A DNA stretch of 64,000 bases from an uncultured Clostridia bacterium (lineage in GTDB: Bacteria > Bacillota > Clostridia > Christensenellales > UBA1242), in NCBI GenBank assembly GCA_944349515.1, contig CALVNE010000003.1:3331-67330 (forward strand), read 5' to 3'. Shown one piece after another: positions 34,756-42,465 of this stretch. The first letter of the stretch is position 1. Each line of letters begins with the position of its first letter. The position numbers and the translations under genes were made by a program. Below the pieces are notes generated by a model that saw nothing but the letters and a program-made list of their open reading frames with translations, was not told where the DNA came from and ran no database searches.

Positions 34756-35442
34756 ATGAAAAATTTACCTAATCACATTGCTTTTATCATGGACGGCAAT
34801 AGGCGCTGGGCAAAAAAACGCGGGCTTTCTAAGACGCTTGGGCATAAAAAGGGCGCTGAAGTGCTGGTGAACACTATTAAAAGTTTGTGTGAGTTTAAAG
34901 AGGTAAAGTATGCTTCCTTTTTCGCCTTTTCCACGGAAAATTGGAACCGTGAAAAGTCGGAAGTTGACGCCATTTTCGCGCTTGTTGAGGATATTTTTAA
35001 TAAACATGAAGAGGAATTTAAAAAACTTAACATCAAGTTTGTGTTTGTGGGCGACATCTCGCGTTTTCCAAAATCTATGCAAGAAAGACTTATAAAAGTC
35101 AGCGAAAATAGCAAAAATAATACAGGTTTAACCGTCCAACTTGCGCTAAATTACGGCGGGCGCGACGATATTGTGCAGGCGGTTAACAAACTTATTGAAA
35201 GTGGCGCTTGTAATGTGACGGAAGAAGATATTAAGAGGAATTTACTCACCTATCCCGCGCCGGATATCGACTTTTTGATAAGAACGAGCGGCGAGGAGAG
35301 AATTTCCAACTTTATGCTCTTTCAACTTGCTTACAGCGAATTCTACTTTCCAAAATACTTTTGGCCGTCTTTCAATAGAAGAAAACTTCTTAAAGCACTT
35401 AAAATTTATTCTAAAAGAAACAGAAGATTCGGAGGAAATTAA
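34756..35442 (+). CDS. uppS: isoprenyl transferase (undecaprenyl diphosphate synthase)
   Basis: 228 aa. HIAFIMDGNRRWA, ..FAFSTENWNR.., ..LIRTSGE.RISNF.. Confidence 0.95.
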   Translation: MKNLPNHIAFIMDGNRRWAKKRGLSKTLGHKKGAEVLVNTIKSLCEFKEVKYASFFAFSTENWNREKSEVDAIFALVEDIFNKHEEEFKKLNIKFVFVGDISRFPKSMQERLIKVSENSKNNTGLTVQLALNYGGRDDIVQAVNKLIESGACNVTEEDIKRNLLTYPAPDIDFLIRTSGEERISNFMLFQLAYSEFYFPKYFWPSFNRRKLLKALKIYSKRNRRFGGN

Positions 35443-36404
35443 TGAAAAAACGTGTGTATTCATCAGTGCTTATAGTGCTAATAATAGCGATACTATTTGT
35501 GCTTAAAATTTTTGTTAGCGACTATTTCTTTGACGCATTTTTCGGCATAATCGCTTGCCTTGCCTCTTTTGAAATGTCTAAACTTTTATCTAAAACTAAA
35601 AGATATAACTTCTCAGTGCTAGCGGTAATTTTCCCGGCGCTAATACTCGCATGCCACTTAATTTGCTCGCACTACGCAAGCGTACAAGGCGACATCTATT
35701 GGATACTTTGGGCAATCCTCATTGACTTTGCGCTTATGCTTGTGGTGCTTGGTGGCACATATCTCATTCAACTTATGCGCAGAAAACGCGTGCTTGAAGA
35801 GATGACAACGCGTGAGGTTAAAAATATGTCGGTCTATAAATTTGCCTTCAAAAAGTGCCTCAACACGCTTATTATTTTCGTTTATCCGGCATTCTTCTTC
35901 CTATTCATGGTTTTTATCAACCATATGGGAAGTTTTCCGCTCGGGAAACTCTCGGGGCTGGAGGTTGACTTCTCTATCTTCATTTTGATGACCGCGATTT
36001 TAATTCCAATGCTGTCCGACACCTTCGCCATGCTCACCGGTTCGCTTATCGGCGGAAAAAAACTTTGCCCAAGGATAAGCCCGGGCAAGACCATCTCCGG
36101 CACGGTTGGTGGCGCGCTTTGGACGCTCCTTCTCATGTCTGCCGTTTGGCTAATTTTTGCCAATATCTCCGGATACAAATTTATGTACAGCAGTTTTCCA
36201 ATTTGGGCGTATTTAATTGTGGTACTTTTTGGTGTCATAGTTGCCGTAATGGGCGACCTCTTTGAGTCCATTTTGAAAAGGCACTCCGGCGTCAAGGACA
36301 GCGGGCGCATGATTCCGGGGCACGGCGGAATGCTCGACAGAATCGACTCTTACATCTTTATGGCGCCGTACATTTTGCTGGCATTCTGGATTTTCGCACT
36401 ATAA
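35442..36404 (+). CDS. cdsA: phosphatidate cytidylyltransferase
   Basis: 320 aa, polytopic. ..ISPGKTISG.. and ..GDLFESILKR..GVKDSG..IPGHGGMLDRIDS.. signature. Confidence 0.9.
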   Translation: MKKRVYSSVLIVLIIAILFVLKIFVSDYFFDAFFGIIACLASFEMSKLLSKTKRYNFSVLAVIFPALILACHLICSHYASVQGDIYWILWAILIDFALMLVVLGGTYLIQLMRRKRVLEEMTTREVKNMSVYKFAFKKCLNTLIIFVYPAFFFLFMVFINHMGSFPLGKLSGLEVDFSIFILMTAILIPMLSDTFAMLTGSLIGGKKLCPRISPGKTISGTVGGALWTLLLMSAVWLIFANISGYKFMYSSFPIWAYLIVVLFGVIVAVMGDLFESILKRHSGVKDSGRMIPGHGGMLDRIDSYIFMAPYILLAFWIFAL

Positions 36405-36477
36405 ACTCTTAATTTCAACTTTTGTCAGAAATAATAGTTGCTTTTTTTAGACATGCATATGAAGAAATAGTGTTATA

Positions 36478-36785
36478 AATATAAACTATGTGATGTTAAA
36501 ATTTAAGCAAGTTAAATTTTAAATTTTGCTAACGCAAAAACACAATAAATTGTGTTCATCACATAGTATGTATGACCATCAGTCTCACTCAAATGTGACT
36601 TCGTCACGCTTGGTTCGACTTCCGATAATATAAACTATGTGATGTTAAAATTTTATTCACATAAAATTTTAATAAATTCTAAGGAATTTTGCGTGCTTCG
36701 CCCGCCATCACAGTTTGAATGAACATCAGTCTCACTCAAATGTGACTTCGTCACGCTTGGTTCGACTTTCGATAATATAAATGTA
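36478..36785 (+). repeat. ~147-bp tandem cassette repeat with conserved boundaries and divergent cores
   Basis: AATATAAACTATGTGATGTTAAAATTT at 36478 and 36627. CATCAGTCTCACTCAAATGTGACTTCGTCACGCTTGGTTCGACTT(C/T)CGATAATATAAA at 36577 and 36724. Confidence 0.9.
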
Positions 36786-36929
36786 TTTAAACTGCGAGGG
36801 TAACAATTTAGGTAAAAGTAGGCTTGAACACATATTAAAAACGCGCCACGCTGAACGCAAATTCGCATATGCTGGGCGCTGCAATACCAACGATTTTAAG
36901 AAACTCATGGATTTAGTAGGAGCAATTTA

Positions 36930-38192
36930 ATGACAACTTTTCTTTATGTTTTACTTGCTATTGTGGTGCTTTTGTTCATGGTCATGGTTCATGAGTTGGG
37001 GCATTACATTGCGGGAAAAATCTTAAAATTCAAAATAACAGAGTTTTCTATCGGCTTTGGTAAAGCCATATTTTCGCATACATCAAAAAAGACGGGCGAA
37101 AAGTTTTCTCTTCGCATTTTTCCGCTTGGAGGGTACTGTTCCTTCTATGGCGAAGATGACGACGGCTCGGGAGAAGCGGACGATAAAAAGGGCGAAGATA
37201 ATAGCACCGTGGTGGAAGTAAAGGAAAATATTGCCACCGAAAAAGGCGAACTTGAAAAGAGTGGCAAAGATGTGATTGACCTACAAAAAACAGAGGGCGT
37301 GCCTTTCAACAGTCAAAAGCCGTGGAAAAGGATAATCGTCTTTCTCGCCGGCGTCACCATGAATTTTATCACCGCCATACTCTTTTCGTGGATACTTCTC
37401 TGCACGGTCGGCTACGATGTGCCTCAAATTATCAATTTCAGCCAAACAGTCAACGTGGTTGAAACTAGCGAAGGTACCGAAAGTATCTTTCAAAAGGGCG
37501 ACGTTATCACGCATATAAACGGGCAGAAAATCGACTTTGCCTTTGGCGTGAATTTCACAACGGCAATCTCCGAGGAAAAGGCAAAAGCGGAGGAATTTTA
37601 TAAGACAAGTGCCGACGGCGAGGTGTATACCTTTCAAATGACGGTGCGCCGCGATGGCGAGAGCGTTGTTTTAGAAAATGTGCAAATTGTTCGTGAGGAA
37701 ATTGAGATCACAAACAGCGACACCGGCGAGGTGACAACAACATATAACTACCTCATGGGTCTTGAAAGCACCGAGGATTTTGTTTGCATCGAGGCGCATA
37801 AGTACGGCTTTTTCGAGGGGCTTGGGCGGGCATTTTCCATGGCGTTCGGCTTTGCGTGGGTTGTGCTGAAAAGTTTGTGGCTGCTTATCACCTTTCAAAT
37901 TCCAATCACAGAAATGGGTGGAACAATCACCACAATTGCCACCATGGCAGAGTACACGGCAATCAATCCGGCAAATATCCTCATTTTCATACCGCTTATC
38001 TCGGCGAACCTTGCCATATTTAACCTGTTGCCATTTCCGGCGCTGGACGGCGCGCACGTTCTCTTCACGGTCATCGAGTGGATACGCGGAAAGCCGATAA
38101 ATCGCAAGGTGGAAAACACCATTCACTTTGTTGGCATTTGCATACTTTTCGCCTTTGTCGTCCTTGTCGACATCCTCCACTTCGTGCTTTAG
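36930..38192 (+). CDS. rseP: RIP metalloprotease RseP/RasP (site-2 protease, M50)
   Basis: 420 aa. HELGHY in TM1, central PDZ-like region, ..NLLPFPALDG.. Confidence 0.9.
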   Translation: MTTFLYVLLAIVVLLFMVMVHELGHYIAGKILKFKITEFSIGFGKAIFSHTSKKTGEKFSLRIFPLGGYCSFYGEDDDGSGEADDKKGEDNSTVVEVKENIATEKGELEKSGKDVIDLQKTEGVPFNSQKPWKRIIVFLAGVTMNFITAILFSWILLCTVGYDVPQIINFSQTVNVVETSEGTESIFQKGDVITHINGQKIDFAFGVNFTTAISEEKAKAEEFYKTSADGEVYTFQMTVRRDGESVVLENVQIVREEIEITNSDTGEVTTTYNYLMGLESTEDFVCIEAHKYGFFEGLGRAFSMAFGFAWVVLKSLWLLITFQIPITEMGGTITTIATMAEYTAINPANILIFIPLISANLAIFNLLPFPALDGAHVLFTVIEWIRGKPINRKVENTIHFVGICILFAFVVLVDILHFVL

Positions 38193-38312
38193 AGCATGGT
38201 TATACGCCATGCTTTTTTGTTAGGCAGAAGTTTTACGAAACATCATATTAAAAATCTCATATAATTTAGGACAATTTCACTTAATTAAAAGCAAATATTA
38301 ATCAAAAACGAC

Positions 38313-38341
38313 TTGACAAAATGGCGTGTTGTTTATAAAAT
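38313..38341 (+). promoter_or_regulatory. sigmaA-type promoter, apparently giving a leaderless mRNA
   Basis: TTGACA (38313-38318), 17-nt spacer, TAAAAT (38336-38341). ATG at 38349 with no SD. Confidence 0.45.
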
Positions 38342-38348
38342 ATATAGT

Positions 38349-39878
38349 ATGAATTTTGAGCAGGAATTTAACAAAAAGTTTGGCGAGCGATTTCCAAATT
38401 TATACTTAAAAAATGTTGTGGTGAGCGGAGACAGTTGCGCGGTGACCTTCCTTTATCCGTCCACTGACGAAACACTTACTGACGCCGAAAAAGAAGAAAT
38501 AACAAAGTTTGTGGAAGAAAAGTTAGGGCTTGCCAATTTAAAACTTAAAGTTAAATTTATGAAGGCGTATGTTGAAGAAAAGTTGATAAGAAAGGAACTT
38601 TCTAACATTTTGGAAGATAAGTTTAAGTTGTTAAACACCTATATTCGCGACGAAGATATCAAAGTAGAGATAACAAATATCGACTGCAACATAACCTTCG
38701 ATGTCAGTCCAAGAATTGCACAGTTTTTTGCCGATAACAAGGTTTCGGCGTTTCTTTCAAAGGATTTAAAAAAGAATTTTTTAACCAATTTCAACATCAA
38801 CCTCAATGTGCTAAGCGATAAAGTGGACGAGGTAGAACTAGAAAGCGTACAACTTAAAACGTCGGCGCGTCGAACACAGCGCTATGATGTTTTAATTATC
38901 AAAGAGGTGATTGGGGGAAATATCCCAACAAAGCCGGAGTATATCTCTTTCATTCAGTCGCCTAAGTCCTCGGTGATACTCGCTGGCTACATATCCGATT
39001 TTGAGCGGAAGGACTTTGTTATAAAAAAAGGCACGCGCGCGGGTCAGCAAAAGGCTTACTATAAGTTTAACCTCACCGACCACAAGGGCAAAATTGAGTG
39101 CATTTACTTCTGCCCTAAGAAAAACGAGGCGGTTATGGACGCGCTTGAAGAGAATATGTTCCTTCTACTTCACGGCGATGTTAGGCTGGGGCTTAACAAC
39201 AAACTTGTGCTGTATATCGACAAACTTGCGCTTGCCAGCGAAACGGAACAAAGGGAAGAAACTATCGAACGAGCGTCCGCAAAAGAGGTGGAAATTGAGC
39301 GTCTTGGCGCGCTGGAACAGGACAATATGTTCGGCGAAGTGGAAAAGTACAACCGAAAAATCATGGACCACAACATCGTGGTGTTCGACGTGGAAACAAC
39401 CGGGCTTAATCCGGAGTTTGACCAAATCATCGAACTTGGTGCGGTGAAGATTGAAAAGGGCAACATCGTGGAAAAATTTTCCACTTTCGTCAAGCCGACC
39501 ATTGAAATTCCGTATGAGGTGACCGAACTTACCCATATTTCGAACGATATGGTGGAGGACGCGCCGGAGATTGAGGACGTCATCAAGCAGTTTTACGATT
39601 TTTCGAAGGAGTGCGTGCTATGCGGACACAATATTATAAATTTCGACATAAAATTTATCCGCCGATTTGGTAAATTGCAGAATTTGGAATTTGACAACGA
39701 CCTCATCGACACCATGAATGAAGCGCGCGTTTCTCGACTTAAAATTTCGCGTTTCAACCTTGGCACAGTGACTAAGGCGCTGGGCATTGAACTTAAAGGC
39801 GCACACCGGGCATGGAACGACGCCTTCGCCACGGCGCAAGTGCTTTTAAAACTCAACGAACTCGGCAAGAAATTGTGA
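38349..39878 (+). CDS. PolC-N-terminal-like protein: N-domain plus OB fold plus DEDDh 3'-5' exonuclease, no polymerase/PHP part
   Basis: 509 aa. OB-like ..YYKFNLTDHKGKIECIYF... Exo I VVFDVETTG, Exo II GHNIINFDIKF, Exo III HRAWNDAFATAQV. Sits where polC lies in frr-uppS-cdsA-rseP-(proS)-polC-rimP synteny. Confidence 0.75.
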   Translation: MNFEQEFNKKFGERFPNLYLKNVVVSGDSCAVTFLYPSTDETLTDAEKEEITKFVEEKLGLANLKLKVKFMKAYVEEKLIRKELSNILEDKFKLLNTYIRDEDIKVEITNIDCNITFDVSPRIAQFFADNKVSAFLSKDLKKNFLTNFNINLNVLSDKVDEVELESVQLKTSARRTQRYDVLIIKEVIGGNIPTKPEYISFIQSPKSSVILAGYISDFERKDFVIKKGTRAGQQKAYYKFNLTDHKGKIECIYFCPKKNEAVMDALEENMFLLLHGDVRLGLNNKLVLYIDKLALASETEQREETIERASAKEVEIERLGALEQDNMFGEVEKYNRKIMDHNIVVFDVETTGLNPEFDQIIELGAVKIEKGNIVEKFSTFVKPTIEIPYEVTELTHISNDMVEDAPEIEDVIKQFYDFSKECVLCGHNIINFDIKFIRRFGKLQNLEFDNDLIDTMNEARVSRLKISRFNLGTVTKALGIELKGAHRAWNDAFATAQVLLKLNELGKKL

Positions 39879-40041
39879 TAAAAGTGATATTAAAAATTTA
39901 AGGCGGGTTTAAAACTTTCAAAATGATTGCATAGTGTATCCTTTTGCAGTGGTTTATCAAATTTTTGGCGGAATAATCTTTCGCTTGCACCTTTGAATTT
40001 TACAATTTTAGCAAAAAATTTGAAAAAAGTATTAAAATGTC

Positions 40042-40070
40042 TTGCTTTTTTTGATTTTATTGGCTATAAT
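40042..40070 (+). promoter_or_regulatory. sigmaA-type promoter of the rimP-nusA-infB operon
   Basis: TTGCTT, 17-nt spacer, TATAAT (40065-40070). Confidence 0.5.
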
Positions 40071-40088
40071 AAAGATATCTTGTGGCAG

Positions 40089-40120
40089 GGAGTGGGCAAT
40101 GTTTGCTCACTCTTTGTGTT
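40089..40120 (+). promoter_or_regulatory. leader hairpin plus U-rich tract (possible NusA-dependent attenuator)
   Basis: GGAGTGGGCAA-TGT-TTGCTCACTCT (11 bp including 2 G-U pairs) followed by TTGTGTT, just before the rimP RBS. Confidence 0.4.
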
Positions 40121-40135
40121 AATAGGAGGAATTTT

Positions 40136-40594
40136 ATGGCAAAAGTTAAAGAAATTTGCGAAGCAAAAATACGCCCAATAATTGAAGAAATGGAATATGA
40201 ACTTGTTGAAGTTGAGTATAAAAAGGAATACGACGGCATGAGCCTCATCTTCACTATCGACAAAGACGAGGGCGTGACGATTGACGACTGCGAAATCGTC
40301 AACAAAAAAATTGACCCGATTATCGACGAACTCAACCCAACCGACGACCAACCTTTCACGCTTGTGGTGTCAAGTCCGGGTTTGGATAGACAACTTAAGT
40401 CGGATCGCGACCTTAGGCGGGCTATAGATAAGGAAGTGGAACTTACGCTCTTTTCTAAGGAAAATGGCAAGAAGAATTTTGAGGGCACGCTCACAAAATT
40501 CGACGAAAAAAGCGTGACCTTGCTTGTTAAGGACGAGGAAAAGGTTTTCGAGCGCGACAAGATTGCAGGCTTGAAACTTGTCATTAAATTTTAG
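40136..40594 (+). CDS. rimP: ribosome maturation factor RimP
   Basis: 152 aa. ..YELVEVEY..., ..VSSPGLDRQLK.. AGGAGG RBS before the ATG at 40136. Confidence 0.9.
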   Translation: MAKVKEICEAKIRPIIEEMEYELVEVEYKKEYDGMSLIFTIDKDEGVTIDDCEIVNKKIDPIIDELNPTDDQPFTLVVSSPGLDRQLKSDRDLRRAIDKEVELTLFSKENGKKNFEGTLTKFDEKSVTLLVKDEEKVFERDKIAGLKLVIKF

Positions 40595-40614
40595 GAAAAA
40601 TTAAGGAGAAAAAA

Positions 40615-41775
40615 ATGGTAAATAAAGACTTTTTTAAGGCACTAGACGACCTAGAACAGGAACGAAAAATTGACAAAGCAACTTTCATTCAAACGTTAGA
40701 GACGGCACTTACTTCGGCTTACAAAAAGGTGTATGGCGAGGCAAAAAGCGCCATGGTCAAACTCTATCCAGAACGCAACACCATTAGGATTTATTCCTAT
40801 AAAACGGTGGTGGACGAAGTGACGGACGAGGATAAGGAAATCTCGCTTGAAGAGGCAAGAAAGCAGAAGAAGTCATATAAAGTGGGCGATATTGTTGCGG
40901 TTGAGGAAACAACAAAGGACTTCGGCAGAATCGCAGCACAAACGGCAAAGCAAGTTGTTATGCAAAAGTTAAGAGAACTTGAAAGGCAACAGGCAGCAAG
41001 CGAACTTTCCGAGAAAGAGGACGAACTTTTAACAACGGTTGTTAAGCGCATAGATGGCGACAATGTTTTTGTGCAGATTGCCGGCACCAACACCGAAGGC
41101 GCACTTATGAAACAAGACCAAATTCCGGGCGACAAATTCCAAGTCGGCGACAGGGTTAAGGTGTATGTGAAAAAGATTAAAGACTCCTTCCGCGGACCGC
41201 AAATCCAAGTGTCGCGAAGCAACATCGGCTTTGTTAGAAAACTTTTTGAACTTGAAATACCTGAGGTTGCCAGCGGTGAGGTGATAATTAAGAACATCGC
41301 GCGCGACGCGGGTAACAGAACCAAGGTTGCCGTTTACAGCGATAAGCCTAATGTGGACGCTGTGGGCGCTTGCGTGGGAAATAGAGGCTCAAGAATTAAC
41401 ACCATTGTCAACGAACTCAATGGCGAAAAAATTGACCTTGTCGAATATTCCGACGACCCGCTTGAATACATTGCAAGAGCGCTTAGCCCAGCAAAGGTGC
41501 TCTCCGTGGAAACCAATGACAGCCTCAATATGAGCCAAGTTATCGTGCCGGACGACAAACTTTCGCTTGCCATAGGTAAGGGCGGGCAGAATGTTAGGCT
41601 TGCTGCCAAACTCACCGGCTGGAAAATTGATGTTAAGCCAGAAAGTTATGTGAAACCGGTGAAAGAGGAGAAGGAAACAGAGTACGAACTCACCGAACTT
41701 ACCGACGAGGACTCCTTCAACTCGATGAGCGACCTTGACGACCTTGAAGAGATTAACGGCGACGAGGAAAACTGA
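40615..41775 (+). CDS. nusA: transcription termination/antitermination factor NusA
   Basis: 386 aa. N-domain, S1 (..GDIV.V..), two KH domains (..AVGACVGNRGSRI.., ..LAIGKGGQNVRLA..), acidic tail. Confidence 0.95.
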   Translation: MVNKDFFKALDDLEQERKIDKATFIQTLETALTSAYKKVYGEAKSAMVKLYPERNTIRIYSYKTVVDEVTDEDKEISLEEARKQKKSYKVGDIVAVEETTKDFGRIAAQTAKQVVMQKLRELERQQAASELSEKEDELLTTVVKRIDGDNVFVQIAGTNTEGALMKQDQIPGDKFQVGDRVKVYVKKIKDSFRGPQIQVSRSNIGFVRKLFELEIPEVASGEVIIKNIARDAGNRTKVAVYSDKPNVDAVGACVGNRGSRINTIVNELNGEKIDLVEYSDDPLEYIARALSPAKVLSVETNDSLNMSQVIVPDDKLSLAIGKGGQNVRLAAKLTGWKIDVKPESYVKPVKEEKETEYELTELTDEDSFNSMSDLDDLEEINGDEEN

Positions 41776-42032
41776 TGCAAGAAAGGTTAAGAATGTGTAT
41801 CGTCTGTCGCGAACATAGCGACAAAAAGGAACTTGTGCGCATTGTTAAGAACAAAAACGGCGAAATCTTTTTAGATCTTACCGGCAAGGCAAACGGCAGA
41901 GGCGCGTACATTTGCAAGTCGAAGGAGTGCTTTTTGAAACTCAAAAAAACAAGGGCGCTAAACCGTGCTTTTAAATGCGAAATTCCACTTGAAATTTACG
42001 ATAAACTTGGAGAGGAAATTGAAAACGCTTAA
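41775..42032 (+). CDS. ylxR: YlxR/RnpM family (DUF448) RNA-binding protein
   Basis: 85 aa. ..RMCIVCRE...K.ELVRIV...GRGAYIC.. Confidence 0.85.
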   Translation: MQERLRMCIVCREHSDKKELVRIVKNKNGEIFLDLTGKANGRGAYICKSKECFLKLKKTRALNRAFKCEIPLEIYDKLGEEIENA

Positions 42033-42300
42033 CGGTCTTTTAAATATCTGCCGAAAGGCGGGCTACCTTATTATCGGCGGGGAAAATATTAAAAGCAACA
42101 CGCATAAAATGTATTTAATCTTACTCGATAAAACTGCGGGTGCGTCACTTAGGCGCGAGTTAAACTTCCTTTCGTCTGAAAGAAAAATTCCGCTTGCGGA
42201 AGTGGAAAACCTTGCAGAACTTCTTGGCATTTTGAATTGCAAGGCGGTGGCGATAAAGAATAAAGCGCTCAGCAACGAAGTTTTTTCGCTTTTGCCTTGA
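42019..42300 (+). CDS. ylxQ: L7Ae-family ribosomal-protein-like protein YlxQ
   Basis: ..LLNICRKAGYLIIGGENI.. Conserved position between ylxR and infB. Proposed TTG start at 42019 after GGAGAGG; the start is uncertain (ORF open from 41965). Confidence 0.6.
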   Translation: MKTLNGLLNICRKAGYLIIGGENIKSNTHKMYLILLDKTAGASLRRELNFLSSERKIPLAEVENLAELLGILNCKAVAIKNKALSNEVFSLLP

Positions 42301-42465
42301 AAATTTATAAAAAAAGTAGTAGAATAATTTAGGCATGGCTAGCGCTTATAACATTTTCGTCCTCGTTAAATTTAGCAAAAAAGTCTTTTAAATTATCCAA
42401 CTTTTTAGTTAGCATAAATATGCTTAAAGCGGGAAACGCAAATTTCATTATAAAAGGAGAATATT

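Noticed and set aside
36577-36634. A tRNA-like fragment (..TCACTCAAATGTGACTTCGTCACGCTTGGTTCGACTTCCGA; the GGTTCGA resembles a T-loop and CAA an anticodon).
   Set aside because: No acceptor stem or D-arm is present. The putative anticodon loop has 6 nt and the T-stem needs an 8-nt loop. It cannot be folded into a cloverleaf, so it is at most an ancient remnant or att-like fragment.
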